Part shown: positions 1-13,476 of the stretch, piece by piece
How the letters are laid out: each line of letters begins with the position of its first letter
How positions within the stretch are numbered: the stretch's first letter is position 1
Origin: Epiperipatus broadwayi
Lineage: Eukaryota; Animalia; Onychophora
Assembly: GCA_028023455.1 (NCBI GenBank)
Contig: JAQFVV010000006.1
Coordinates: 6,448,001-6,512,000 of the forward strand
Reading direction: 5' to 3'
Length of the DNA stretch: 64,000 nucleotides
Position numbers and translations under genes: made by a program
The notes under the pieces: model-generated
Told to the model about the DNA's origin: nothing
What the model saw: the letters and a program-made list of their open reading frames with translations, nothing else
Databases searched by the model: none

Positions 1-1625
1 ATAAAAAGTTTTAGCATTGGAAGTGACAGACCTGGATTGTGGTCCTTGTATCTTCAATTCCAGAATCTACCACCCCACCACTGCATCAAATCATACAGAA
101 CATGATGATGATTATTATCAATTAATATTTTTACAATTCATTTAAATTTGTACTTAATAATGTAAATGATGTGTCAATGCTTTTTAATACATCTGTTAAG
201 TGATGGTATGCTTAGTTTCATTGTATTAAAGGGCTGCAAGCAGTGACCAATTTCTACTGATGATGGTGATAATAATTATATGATTAATTGCTATCGAGAT
301 CACAGATTGTTCATGCACTGATGCAGCTGATTGAGCAACAGTATAATACAAAACATGGCTTGATTCATCTGGAGAGTTAATCCAAAAATCTTTACTGCTA
401 AACTTCCTAACATAAATTTATGATGATTAATTATCACATTGGATACTGAAACTTATTGCATACTTACTTCAGTTTGAGCATAGGACTACTGCCAGGATGT
501 CCAAATAAAGGGTCACCCTTTGATATTTAACTTTTATTTTTCCTTTTTTCAGCTGCAAACTGGTTTCAGTAATAGATAATATCGGATTTATACATGCCAA
601 ACAAAAATTTGTATTGAAGTGATATTGAAAGATAGTAAATATCAACAAAGTCTATAGATATGAATACCACAGGCAATCACCAATGTATGCCAAGATTTCA
701 TATATTATAAACCGTTCTGATAAGCTGGGGGGGGGGGAGTTTATGGCACAAAGCCATCAAATAAATCTCATAGAACTACATATAATTGCTAAATTAAAAC
801 GTGCAATAATATCTTTCGCACTTCAGTTTTTGGAAAATGTTAAACAAGGCCTGAATGCAACTGGAAAGCAAGTTTAATCTTTGTATAAAAAATTAATAAT
901 TGCATAGTTAGATTCTTGGGAGTATGTGACATTTGAACATCATCAGAATTGCACGACTAAGCAGTAATACCTTTAATTGGTTTAAACCATAAGGGTTAAT
1001 ATATATTTTAGTGTGACATTTTTTTAACTATAAAATTAAATTAATAAGTATAGAAGTTATATTTTTTTAAAAATGAATATATATATATTTAAATAAATAA
1101 TAACTTTATAGACAGATAAGATAAATTAAGATATTTTATGTTAAATCTAGACTTAAAAATATATTTATAAATTTCCTATTTATTTCCTTTTTAATACATA
1201 GTTTTAAAAAAAGTGCGATATTTAATTTGTCAGGCCTCCCACTTCCGTTGGACTTATCTTAAATTCTCATTTATAATCTAATCTACATTTGCCAAATGAC
1301 TTTTCCCACTATAGGAAAAAAGAAAACAATTATATTATTTAAAGCAACACATTTTTAAATTTTCAGTAATATTACATATATATTTTAATGCGGAATAATA
1401 TATATGTAATTTGTAACTTTTACAACCGTCTACAGTATATTTTTATATATTAGCCAAATATTTATCACATATGCTGGTCACATTTTCTGAAATCCAGACA
1501 AAATTAATAATTAACTTCAAAACAGTTCTCACCAAACAATGAATCTTTTTTGTAAACAGAATCACATTCAATTTGAATATATTAAGATTTCTGAAGTCAA
1601 AAGGTTTGTTATTTTTACAGTTCAA

Positions 1626-1649
1626 CACACACACACACACACACACACA
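1626..1649 (+). repeat. (CA)n microsatellite
   Basis: acacacacacacacacacacacac. Confidence 0.9.
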
Positions 1650-2924
1650 AAGTAATTTATACTAAAGTTATAAACAGATATTCCGTATTAGTTACAATAA
1701 AATCCAATGGCTGAAATAAATGGTCAAAGATATTAGCAAAAGTCTCTTTAACTTTTATTTTAAGCTAAATCCTACACACACAAAATGTATTGAAATAAAT
1801 GATATATGTCCCTATCTCATGATATCAGAATATACATTTGCTATTATAGCAACATTCTATTACTCATCATCTCTATCTACCTCTAGGGATTTATTAAGCA
1901 CTATCATGTGGCATCTATTATTAAAGTTTACAGTATGAGGTGTGTATAGGGTGAAAAAATTTAAAAGATAGCATCACAAGATGTTAAATGAAGCAACTAA
2001 AAGACCACCACGTTGAATACGTGAGTGTATTTATGGCTCATGGATTAATAAACATATGCGATCATGATAAAATTCATTTACCTTTTGAATTTACTACTCA
2101 TGGCATCTGAGTACTAGAAGTGACAAGAGCCAAGCTATGATTAAGAAGTCTTTAGCTTTCAAATACACCACTCTACCACTGAATTAAACTATGCAAGACA
2201 AAAAATAATTGAATGGTTTGTCAGTTAGAGGTCATGATTTTTAGGTATCAGAAATGATATACCAGAACTGTGATCCATGCAACTTTAACTCCCAATATGT
2301 TACTTTATTGCTACACTAAAGCATGCAGTACAAACAAAGAAATTAAATGATTTGCTTCTCAAAGTCATATTATATTCAAACACAAATGTCATATGACTTC
2401 AGAAATTAACCATATGATTATGACATCATTGGTACTTCTACATAATTCTAAAGAAGACTTATAGGCAGTTGAAACTACCAACAGAGTTGAAAAATATCAA
2501 TAAGCATTGCATTGTGTTGAATGAATAAGGAAGTATTTAATTATTATAGCTCTTAATGTAGGCTTATTTATATTGGAAAATCAAGAAGGAAGTGTAAATT
2601 CTGAATCTAGTCAATAATGCAGTTATTAAAAAAAAATATTGTCATTAGAAAGACAAGCTTCATTCATCAAGTGAACTGGGCCTTGACATATCTGTATCTG
2701 CAGATTTATATATCTTAATTACATCAAGTTTGAATTATGCTTACTTATCCCCATCACTTCAACATGAAGTGATTAGGTTTATGTAAAATACTCTATCACA
2801 TAGTAGTTTTTGAATGCAGCATTCAGCTAAATGTACTATATGCAAATTTATTATTAATATATATTCTATCTACAGTGCTAAACTTTCATACATAGTATGT
2901 TAAGACAACTTCTTTTGTCACTAC

Positions 2925-3710
2925 AATGTGATGCATTATGGTTTTTTCTTTATCAGAGTTGGGAATGTCTCAGCTACTATGCCCAGAGAAACCTGTTAGC
3001 CACCTTACTTTTTCTTTTCCAACTCTTAACTATTCTTCTCTATCCTGTTCCATTCCCTTTCTAATATTATCTTTGTCCACACTATGGCCTTTATATCTAG
3101 ATTGCTCTTATTTTTTTCAAAACCATCAGAAAAACCAAGAACCCATTTTCCGTATCCACAACTTCATTACTTGTATCCTTTCTGCTTATAAGCATTTACA
3201 TTCAATTAGCAGATACTTAACATTTTCCATGCCTTTCCTACACAACTTGCAGACTAAATCATCTACATTACTCCAATTTATGTGCATATTTCCTTGTTGC
3301 TAATGATCCTGTTTAAGCCTTAAACAGTAAACTACGTTCATTATTATTATCGTAAATTAAGTTACACCCGATATTCTGTTTACTTCTATATATATTTAAA
3401 CTCTTTTTACTCTCCACACTAGTTTTCCAACTTTCAAACCCCCCATTTTTTATTAACACATCTATTCTTCTATTCCATTCCTTGCCACTATTATGCTTAA
3501 CAATTCTCCTAACACAATCATCCCACCTGTTGAGCTGCCTTCTAGCCAAAGTATATGACACCTCCATGCTAAAAGAGCAATATTCCTTAAGGCTTTCTTT
3601 TCCTCTATACATAGAGAAGTATTTTAAACACCAAGGTTGGAGTTGTCTTATACTTTGGCTAGAGGGTAGTTTATTTTTATACAACAACAGAGACATCAAC
3701 CAATAAATGA
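2925..3710 (-). mobile_element. LINE 3' fragment (post-RT region with CKLC..E..LLIEC knuckle)
   Basis: Minus-strand ORF remnant ...ESKKSLNIYRSKQNIG...LLFKA; paralogous to 59830-60450 and 32020-32125. Confidence 0.7.
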
Positions 3711-4424
3711 TTATTAATATACAGTAATTCTTTTATACGATTAGAAATGAATATGTCCTTGTAGAAAACTTCAAAAGATAAAAGAATAGCGAAACTTTGA
3801 TTTTCAGAGAAGTAAAAATACTCTGTTGCGTTGGTGATTATATAATATATAATTTATTGCATAAGTAATTTTTAAAATTTCCGATCATGAATTTATATAT
3901 ATAAATTGCAAAACGTAAGCCAAAACTATGAAACAGCATTCGTTTTTGTGTTTTGACAGTTTTTTATTTTACTTTGTTTAACTGTAAAATTATCTTCTTT
4001 CCAAAAATACATTGTATGGAAATAATCGTTATATGCTTAGGAATATTTTTACGCGCTTCATTAATTCCTGCCGTTGAAATTTTGGCAAAAAATTTAACTT
4101 TTAATAAGAATAAATACTTTAAAACAAACTTTTAAGTACAATTATATATATATCCACTGATAAAAATAATCGCACTGTCTGTTTTCACAATGGTTAATTT
4201 TTGGAGAATTTTGTTTTAACATTATTGTACCTTATAGCGGTAACTTATTACTCAGAATTATTTCTGAAAGAATTATAAAATATATATTTTTTCTACCAAT
4301 ATCTTTCGAATTCCCAAAATATATGGAATCCTTATCAATAAGCATTATTTTGGAAAAATTCTAGCCAATTCAGCTTAATTTTTTTATCAGCATATTTCTG
4401 AAAATACAGTGTTGTCTTATGCAG

Positions 4425-4545
4425 TAATTTGGTGCAGTGGTAGCGTGACAAATTCTGGGGCACAACAGTTTCGAATTGTGCTCAATTCTCTTATTTCTGG
4501 GCTCAAACCTTTTACAAATCTCCGGACCAATAAAGCCGTTCAAGT
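4425..4545 (+). mobile_element. tRNA-derived SINE-like repeat (family also near 9640-9740, 21340-21410, 45520-45625, 56190-56300)
   Basis: A-box-like tggtgcagtggtagc and B-box-like gtttcgaatt; shared tail ctggc.ctcaaa.tt.t.tgaactcc.gagcaataaagcc. Confidence 0.5.
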
Positions 4546-4626
4546 ATTTCCTTTTTATATGATAGTCAGCAAAGGGTTTTAACATGTTATCATATGATTG
4601 GTTATTTAGCAGTCATGTGATGCTAC

Positions 4627-7600
4627 AATTCTCAAGTGGCAAATGGCGCAGAACAGGTGTATTTAGTTGAGGTAAATTGAGATTTGTTTTTTTTACCTTC
4701 CACAGATGATATAGAAGTTCCGACTTTTGAACCCTCCATTCCACCATTCAGATCGATCACACAGGCAAAGATTAAATAACATACACACACACATTTTTCT
4801 TACAGAAAGAATAAATTTTGATCTTATAAGATCACTTAAAATGCAGTGCCTTGTGATACAATAGCAGCATATTAACTTTTCATTGTAACAACTAGGATTC
4901 AAATTCAGGCAATACAACATGTGGAAAACTTTTCTGGTTTTAAACAGGCCTAGAATTTTTCTTTCCAGTAATCAGCCCACAAACAATCTAACTAACCATT
5001 TAATATTGATCAGGAGATGTATAAAAAGAAATAAATAACTTAAAATAAATAGCCTACAGCAGAGCCAAGACATAACCCCCTTCCAAACACCCACAAACAA
5101 TCTAATTAACCATTTAATATTGATCAGGAGATGTATAAAAAGAAATAAATAACTTAAAATAAATAGCCTACAGCAGAGCCAAGACATAACCCCCTTCCAA
5201 ACACCTGCTTCTGGAAGGATAGCAAAGAAGAAGATATTAAACTTCTAGTTTTCCATTTTCTAATCTTCTAACTAAGAAGAACTAAATACTTATTTACTTA
5301 TTGATATTAGATGACCAGCTGGGTTAGATATAGGCTGATTCTCTGAAAGAAAATGCTAAATCAATTTTTTTTACTCCACTCTGATTTAAACCTAAAATCA
5401 TAGGCATGGGAATTAGATGTGCTACTTTTGCATCATGAGGGCCTTTTTAAGTAAATGGTACCTAGCCATTTTTAAAGACAAAATGTATCTTGCATTGTAG
5501 CTATTATGATTCTCTATGAGTCACATTTAATACTACTTGCTATTTATTATGTACTATGGGTAATATTAACATTGTTGATAAATTGTGACCATGTTTTCAC
5601 TCCATGTAATTAAAACTTACTAAACATAAAAGCAAAAAAAAAAATGAACACCTCTATAGTATAATGACTATTCATCCTTCCATATGGTGTGAAAAGAGGA
5701 TAGAAACCAGTCCTAACTTGCATGTGAAGAGTATAGGTAAATGACTTTAAAATGCCACAGAGATTCGGTTGTTTGATACCTCTAGTTTACCTGATGGGTG
5801 AAAGTTATTTGAGCAATGTGTGCATAATAAAGATGGTAGTTTGAGTAGGTTGATGGTTGAGGTATAATGGCTTTAAGAAATAGAATATATATTGATAAAA
5901 ACAACAACAAAAAACTTGGAATTATTTCAAGAGATTGTCTAAAAAAAAATACTACTAAAAATAATGTATAAACTTTATTGAAAGTATATTTTTATTGAAA
6001 TTTAGTATTATTATTTTTAAATTTAATAAAATCTAAATGTATGATACTAATTGGTTATATTACTTTTGAAACATATATTACTTCTTTAGATTATAATTTT
6101 TTTAATTTGGTATTTGTTTTTATATTGAATCTGGAAAAATAATACAATTTACAATTTTAATATTTAAATATATGTATATATTATCTATACTAAACTTAAT
6201 GTAATTATAAGGAAATTGAACTCAGATTTTCCAGTTCCCTACATTTATATAATCCATCTATATAACCAATACACATGACCACATACATGTGAAAAAGATA
6301 CACAATTGCCAATATACGTATTTTATGCTAAACCAGCACTCATCAATTAGTCTAAATCCTTATCTCCCACACAAATATATAATCCGTGTTCAATTTATAT
6401 AAAGATAGCAAATCTATAAAGTTTAATAGACAGGCTTCAATCCTCTTCATTCTCCAACTCTTCAGCAATCTACTTTATTGAAAATGCAAGGATGGAATGC
6501 TCAAAGCCCTTATTGTTAAATGGACATATTAAGATCCTATGTGTGAGGGGTCAGGGCTATAACAATAATATTGGCATCAACAAGGGCTTTGAGCATTCCA
6601 TCTTCAGATTTTCAATGAAATGTATGGCTGAAGAGTTGAAAAGTGAAGAAGATTCACCCGTATAAAATTTGAAGGTTTGCTGCTCAGTTTTTATATTAAG
6701 ATAGCAAATCTCTTACACAAGCTTGTTTAAATTAGATCATGTGACATATGACTTGATTTCTTTGTAATTTTATTTTTTGCTATTAAGGTTGTGGCAATTT
6801 TATATTGTGAAAGCTATTAATATATGGTGTATCTGAAATTAGTTCAGTCCCATATGACTATTTAAGTTTGATAGCTGGATTGAAAGACATATGGATGTCT
6901 GAAAATTTCAGATTTTCTACTTAATAGTTATCCATTAGATAAAGTGCTGGGCTTATCCTGGTATTTTTTATCTAATGCTTGAATATCCTAGCACCTCACT
7001 GAGAAAGCCAGTAGTAGAAACCAGTTTGGGGGTAGGGATATTCTGAAAAGCTTGTTAAGAGCTTATTTACAAGCTCTTTATATAACATTTGTAATACAAG
7101 CTTGGTTAAGTTTGGTCATGTGACATCTGACTTGATCTCTTTGTAATTTAATGCATACACTTCAATCTTCTCCACTCTTCAACTCTGCAGCTATTCATTT
7201 CATTGAAAATCCAAGGATGGAATGCTCAAAACCCTTGTTGATGCCAATATTATTGTCATACCCATGCTGACCTTAAGTCAATGTGACTTCACACACATAC
7301 GATTTTAATACGACCATTGAACAACAAGGGCTTTGAGTATTCCATCCTCAGATTTTCTATGAAGTGGATGGCTGAAGAGTTGGAGAGTGGAAAGAACTGA
7401 AGCCTGTCCATTAAACTTTGTAGATTAGCTATCTTAATATAAACTAAACACTGATTATATATTTGTGTGGAAGATAATGATTTCGACTAACTGATGAGTG
7501 CCGGTTTGGTACAAAATACATATATTGGAGGTTATTTATCTTTGTCACATGTATATGGCCATGTGTATCAGTTATATAAGATGGATTATATAGATGTAGG

Positions 7601-9139
7601 GAGCTTGAAAGTCTGAGTTCAAGTCCCATATAATTACATTAATTTTAGTATAGATAATATATATATATATTTAAATATTAAATCTAAATTATATTAATTT
7701 TCCAGATTCAATATAAAAACAAATATCAAATTTAAAAAATTCTAATCTAAAGAAGTAATATGTTTCAAAAATAGTATAACCAATTAGTATCATACATTTA
7801 GATTTTATTAAATTTAAAAATAATAATACTAAATTTCAATAAAAAAATATACTTTCAATAAAGTTTATACATTATTTTAGTGATATGTTCTTTTTAAACA
7901 ATTTTTTGAAATAATTCAAGTTTTTTATTGTTGTTTTTATCAATACATCCTACTTCTTAAATCCATTACATCACAACCATCAACATACTCAAATTCGAAC
8001 TACCATCTTTATTATGCACACATTGCTCAAATAACTTTCACCCATCGGGTAAACTATAGGTATCAAACAACTGAATTGCGATGGCATTTTTAAAGTCATT
8101 CACCTACACTGTTCACATGCAAGTTAGGACTGGTTTCTATCCTCTTTTCACACCATATGGAGGGGTGAATAGTCATTATACTATAGAGGTGTTTTCATTT
8201 TTTTTCTTTTATGTTTAGTAACTTTTAATTATATGGAGTGAAATCATGGTCAAAATTTATAAACAATAGTAAAACAATATTATCCACAGTACATAATAAA
8301 TAGCAAGTAGTATTAAATGTGAATCCATACAGAATCATAATAGTTACAATGCAAGATATATTTTATACTTTAAAAATGGCTAGATACCATATACTTAGAA
8401 AAGGCCCTCATGATGCAAAGATAGCATATCAATCTGTCATTCCTATGATTTCAGGTTCAAATCAGAGTGGAGTAAAAAAAATTTCCAAGTGACTTAGCAT
8501 TTTCTTTCAAACATTCAGCCTATATCTAATCCAGCTGGTCATCTAACATTGATAAGTAAATAGGTATTTAGTTCTTCTTCGTTAGAAGATTAGAAAATGG
8601 AAAACTAATTCAAGTATCATACTCAGGAAGGTACAAACCTAGAAGTTTAATATCTCCTGTTTTAATATTCTTCCATAAGCAGCCGTTTGGAAGAGGGTTG
8701 TGTTTTGGCCCTCCTGTAGGCTATTTATTTTAAGTCATTTGTTCCCTTTTTATGCATTTCTTGAGCTAGATTGTTTGTGGGCTGATTGCTGGAAATAAAA
8801 AATTTTAGGCCTGATTAAAACCAGAAAAGGTTTCCATATGTTGTATTGCCTGAATTTGAATCCAGGTTATTACAATGGAAAGTTGATATGTTGCTATTGT
8901 ATCACAAAGCACTGTTGTTTTAAGTGATCTTATAAGATTAAAATTTATTTTATATGCAAGACAAATGCGTGTGTTTATGTTATTTAATCTTTGCCTGTGT
9001 GATTGATCTGGATGGTGGAATGGAGGGTTCAAAAGTTGAAAGTTCTTACATTAATTAGCCATTTGAGGAAAGTAAAAAAAAAAATCTCAATTTAATCAAT
9101 TAAATGTACCTGTTATGCTTCATCTGCCACTTGAGAATT
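4627..9139. repeat. Large imperfect palindrome, arms about 4627-6655 and 7160-9139
   Basis: Colinear reverse-complement matches along both arms, e.g. aattctcaagtggca (4627) vs tgccacttgagaatt (9139), and catatggtgtgaaaagaggatagaaaccagtcctaacttgcatgtgaa vs its reverse complement near 8110-8160. The spacer holds a family B element. Confidence 0.9.
4976..5203 (+). repeat. 114-bp tandem duplication in the left palindrome arm
   Basis: cccacaaacaatcta... starts at 4976 and again at 5090; only one copy in the right arm. Confidence 0.9.
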
Positions 9140-9148
9140 TGATCTGGA

Positions 9149-9190
9149 CCAACTGATGAGTGCTGGTTCAATATGAAATATGAATATTGG
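9149..9190 (+). ncRNA. Hammerhead motif, family A, stem II damaged
   Basis: ccaa-CTGATGA-gtgctggttcaatat-GAAA-tatgaa-TA/ttgg; core intact, stem II partly mismatched. Confidence 0.6.
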
Positions 9191-10319
9191 AGATCATTTA
9201 TTTTTTCCAAACATATGTGGTCATGGGTATTGGTTGTATAAGATGGATTGGATAGATGTAGGGAACTTAAACGTCTTTTATAATTACAATTTACATTTGT
9301 ATATACACATTAAAAAGGATTTCATATTATAATGTTAGTACTGCATTCACCTGCCCTCTCATAATCTGAATTCGAATCTAGGCAAGACTGTTGCCCTCCC
9401 CCTTCACCAGTTAGACAACCAACAATGGTACAAGATTAAGAAGCATTCTTAGCATAGGATAATTGGAAAACCAGTAAATAATAACTTTTCCTTTAATATA
9501 CTTTTGAAAGAGTCTGTTAAAGAGTCTTCATTTGGTACAAGAAAATATTGAAAGACTGTTTACTTTTTACTAATATCTACAAGCATATTCTAATTAAAAT
9601 GTTATTCAAGCATAGGCTACCCAGCACAGTTTGGCACATTTGGTAGCATTGGGATCGGAGGTCTCCGGATTGATTCTTTGCACTTGCAGGTCTGGCATTC
9701 AAATTTTTTGTGAATTCCACGAGCAATAAAGCCGTATACCTTTTTTAGTACTCATTGACAAAAAATTTTTTTTGCTTACCTTTTTAACTTAAATAGACTT
9801 TTTAAAAATAAAATGGTTGATTGCTTTGGGGGGGGGGATTCATATGAAATTCAAGCACCATAAGTAACAGATTGGATCTCAGTTAAATACCTTTAGCTTT
9901 TGAATCTGCCACTCTGCAACTCCATACAGGACAGTATGGATTCCTAAAGTTTTTTTTGAGTGATAATGCCACCCCCTCTTTTCAGATGCAAAATTAGCAA
10001 CTACTGATTAAAGAAGTTACAGACAAAGGAATGACATTTTTTTCTAATTAATTATGAATTGATAGATAAAGCCATGTTATATTTAGCAATGGCATTATAG
10101 ATCTTTTGCCAAAAAGTCAAGGGTAGAAACAGCTCATGATTACACACTAAAATATATTTAGCTAATTTTATATCACACTTATGCAGCATAATACTTTGAG
10201 TACAAAATTTAAGATCTTTGAACTTATTATCTTGAATATCAAAATACAAGCAATAAGTATATGTAAATAGGCTAATGTAATATCTACATGGGTATGAGTG
10301 CAATATCAAATCCCAGTAA

Positions 10320-10625
10320 GGGTTTTGGATATTTCAACATCTGTTTTTCAATGAAATGGATGGTTGAATAATTGGAAGGGTGAGAGGATTGAAACCTGTC
10401 CATTAAAGTTTAAGGGATTGCTATCTTAACATAAACTGAGCACTGATTGTATATATGTGGGGGAGACTATAATCTGGCCCAACTTATAAGTACTGGTTCT
10501 GCACTAAATACATATATTGGGCATCATCTATCTTTTTGCATGGATGTGGTCATGTGTGTCGGTTGCTTGAGATGGAGTAGAGAACAAACGTAGACTGAAA
10601 AATCTTCAATTCAAATCCCTCTATT
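10320..10625 (+). mobile_element. Decayed family A copy
   Basis: Matches the family A consensus (ttttcaatgaaatggatgg...aaactgagcactgatt...) with a mutated core. Confidence 0.7.
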
Positions 10626-10931
10626 TGCATATATAAGAAACATTCAGTTTAAGAAAATTACATAAGCAATAAGCATAGTAAACATCAGTATTCCTCTTTA
10701 AAAAGATCAAATAAGCAGATAACAATTATAGTACCTCATTGCAATGATTTTAATCAGTGTTTATCCTTAGCATATAAGTTAAGAATTTTATATGATACCC
10801 TTTTTTGATAAAGGTAAAAATATTTTTTATAGGAACTTCCTAATTGAAATAAAGCATGTGAAATTTAATTAATATAAACAAGATTCTGATTTGCAGTGAG
10901 CTGATGTATTTTGGTACAACTGATAAAAGGA

Positions 10932-11003
10932 GGGAGGGTTATCTGATACTGGTTTTGTGAACCTTATGGGAGGGTTATCTGAAACTGGTTTTGTGAACCT
11001 TAT
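10932..11003 (+). repeat. 36-bp tandem duplication
   Basis: gggagggttatctga(t/a)actggttttgtgaaccttat x2. Confidence 0.9.
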
Positions 11004-12630
11004 ATTGTTATAGTTCACAATTCTAAATTTTTCTATTAGATATCACAAGATAATAGAATACTTAAATGCTTTTGTTCGTGAGTTTATAAATGTAGATGTT
11101 ATATAATTGGTTTAAGGGTGTCAAATATTTTTTTTACAATTAATGCTCATTCTTATATTTCAAAAATAGTTACAGACATTGAAAGTAACTGAGCCAATAG
11201 CCCCACTAACCACTTTGATTAACCAGATATTCATAGTTGATATAAAATGATGTGCAAGTCAGATGGCATCTCACTGATGGTGCCAGAAGCAGAAACTGGT
11301 CTAAGGTTGAGGATATTCTCAAAGCTTGTTAAGAGCTTATTTTGCAAGCTCTCTATATAAAATGTATATGTATAATCATGATTACCCCAAATTTGCAACT
11401 CAGCCAGACTAGCCAACAAAATAAACTCTAAAACACTACCAATGGTTTCACATACTACATTCAAACTTTTCAAATGTGAAGAACTCCAAAATAACATATT
11501 TAAACTAAACATTACCCACAATTCTACTTACCCCCCCCCCCCATACACCCTTAATATTAAAAGAATTTTTAAATAAGTTAACTGCTTCAGACTCATAAAT
11601 TTTTAATAATAAAGATTCGTTAATTATTCATTTTATTTCATTTCTCTCATAAGACAATGGTAGCTTCATCAAAGTTAAATGTGGCCTGTATCTTTTTCAT
11701 GGATATGTAAAGCAGAACTAATATATTTATTTCTACCCCTACTTTTATGCACCTTTATTTTTTCCTTTTTATATTTTGCACTATTAATTTTGATGAAGCT
11801 AAGGTTGACTTCTTTGAGAGAAATGAAATTAAGAGAATTAAAGAATCTTTATTATTAAAAAGTTATGATTCTGAAGTAGTTAACTTATTTAAAAGTAGTT
11901 TTAATATTAAAGTTGGATGTGAGATAAGTGGAATTGTGGGCAATGTTTAGTTTAAATATGTTATTTTGTAGTTCTTTACACTTGAGAAGTTTGCTTGTAT
12001 CAGTGAAACCATTGGTAGTGTTGTAGAGCTTATTTTTTGGCTAGTCTGGTTGAATTGTGAATTTGAGGTGATTTTGATTATTGATTGACTAGTTTAGCTT
12101 TATGCTTTTAATGTTTATATATATTAATGATTGCAATTATAGGACCGCAATGTAAGAATGAATAAGATTGTAGCATACGAGCAGAAAGAAATGATTTAAA
12201 GGAGATTATCTTATAATCCTAATCTGTACAAAGAATATTATACATGAATTTAAATTTTTAAAAAATTAATCTTTACTTAAGCTTAAAATAAAATATAATA
12301 AAAATGTTTAACAATCATTTAAGTTTTTATTGACTGACTGTTATAGATAAGTGTTTGCTAAAGCAAACACATTTATGAAGCAAATTTATATATCTATTAT
12401 CTTCAAATACTATTTATTTTAATAAACTTTATCTGAAAAAAATTCCATATTTATTTTTTAAATGTATTTTTGAATAAGCATTTTAGTTTGTTTCTTTTTT
12501 TATCTTTGCAAGTGCATTAAGTTGTTTTCCCAAAAGCAAATCGAAGTAATTAAGCAATATTTTGTTAACTAGAGAATAAAAATGGTTCTTACAGATAAAT
12601 CCAGGTAATTAGGTAGTGTTGCTTAACTTA

Positions 12631-13025
12631 AAAATATTTAGGATTGTGTTTGTCATAGATTTCGTATTTAAAAAAAACATTGTTCTTCTATTTAAAAAAA
12701 AGCATTTAATCAAAATATATTACTTATTTAATTTATGGTTGTGAAACATGGACTAAGGATCAAAAATTAAATGTTTAGAATTGTGTTTGTCGGACTTCAT
12801 ATTTTTAAAAAAACATTGTTCTATTGTCAAAAAGGCACTTAATCAAAATATATTATGTAATTTATGGTTGTGAAACATGGACTTTGGAATAAAATTTAAA
12901 TGTTTAGAATTGTCTTTGTCAGATTTGGTATTTAAAAAAAACCATTCTTATATTGAAAAAAAAAGTACTTATCAAAATATATCACTTATTTAATTTATGT
13001 TGTGAAATATGGATCAAAAATTAAT
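12631..13025 (+). repeat. Three tandem ~130-bp units containing an RTE-like YGCETWT motif
   Basis: tatggttgtgaaacatggact at 12734 and 12863, with a degenerate third copy at about 12996. Confidence 0.75.
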
Positions 13026-13436
13026 AGATATTATATGAAAAGCGAAATTGACATTTGGAATATCAGAAAGGAATTTTAAAAAGTGGTTACATTTCTGAAT
13101 AAGAAAATAAAATTTGCATGATATAAAATAAGTTTTGAATATTTTAAAAAATTACTAAAATAATAATAAATATTAAAATTATATATATATATATTCTATT
13201 TCCTGTTAGTCCCAAACATTAACTGTCATCATAAACAGTTCACAGTGTAGCGATCTTCATGAATTTGTTTTTCCTGATGCAAATTTGAGTAAGCGTTAGC
13301 TTCTTATTACAAAACCATAAACAAAAAAAAGGCAAAACTTTCCATACAGTATTGACATTCAGTGCAAGACAGAGTAATCAATGGATGCCAGAAGGCTTGT
13401 GCATAAATCCCCATCTAGTACCTATTCACCCAATAT

Positions 13437-13476
13437 CCCCAGACTAGTTTCTGGCTTGTGGCCTTCATCAGTGAGG
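13437..13476 (-). ncRNA. Minimal hammerhead ribozyme variant, family B
   Basis: Reverse complement reads cctca-CTGATGA-A-GGC(cacaa)GCC-A-GAAA-CTAG-TC/tgggg; palindromic ACTAGT stem III and GUC triplet. Confidence 0.75.

Noticed and set aside
2938-3706. Plus-strand ORFs of 121 aa and 74 aa
   Set aside because: Antisense shadows of a decayed minus-strand LINE fragment.
4972-5187. 71-aa ORF with an internal 38-aa repeat
   Set aside because: Artefact of the 114-bp tandem duplication within the palindrome.
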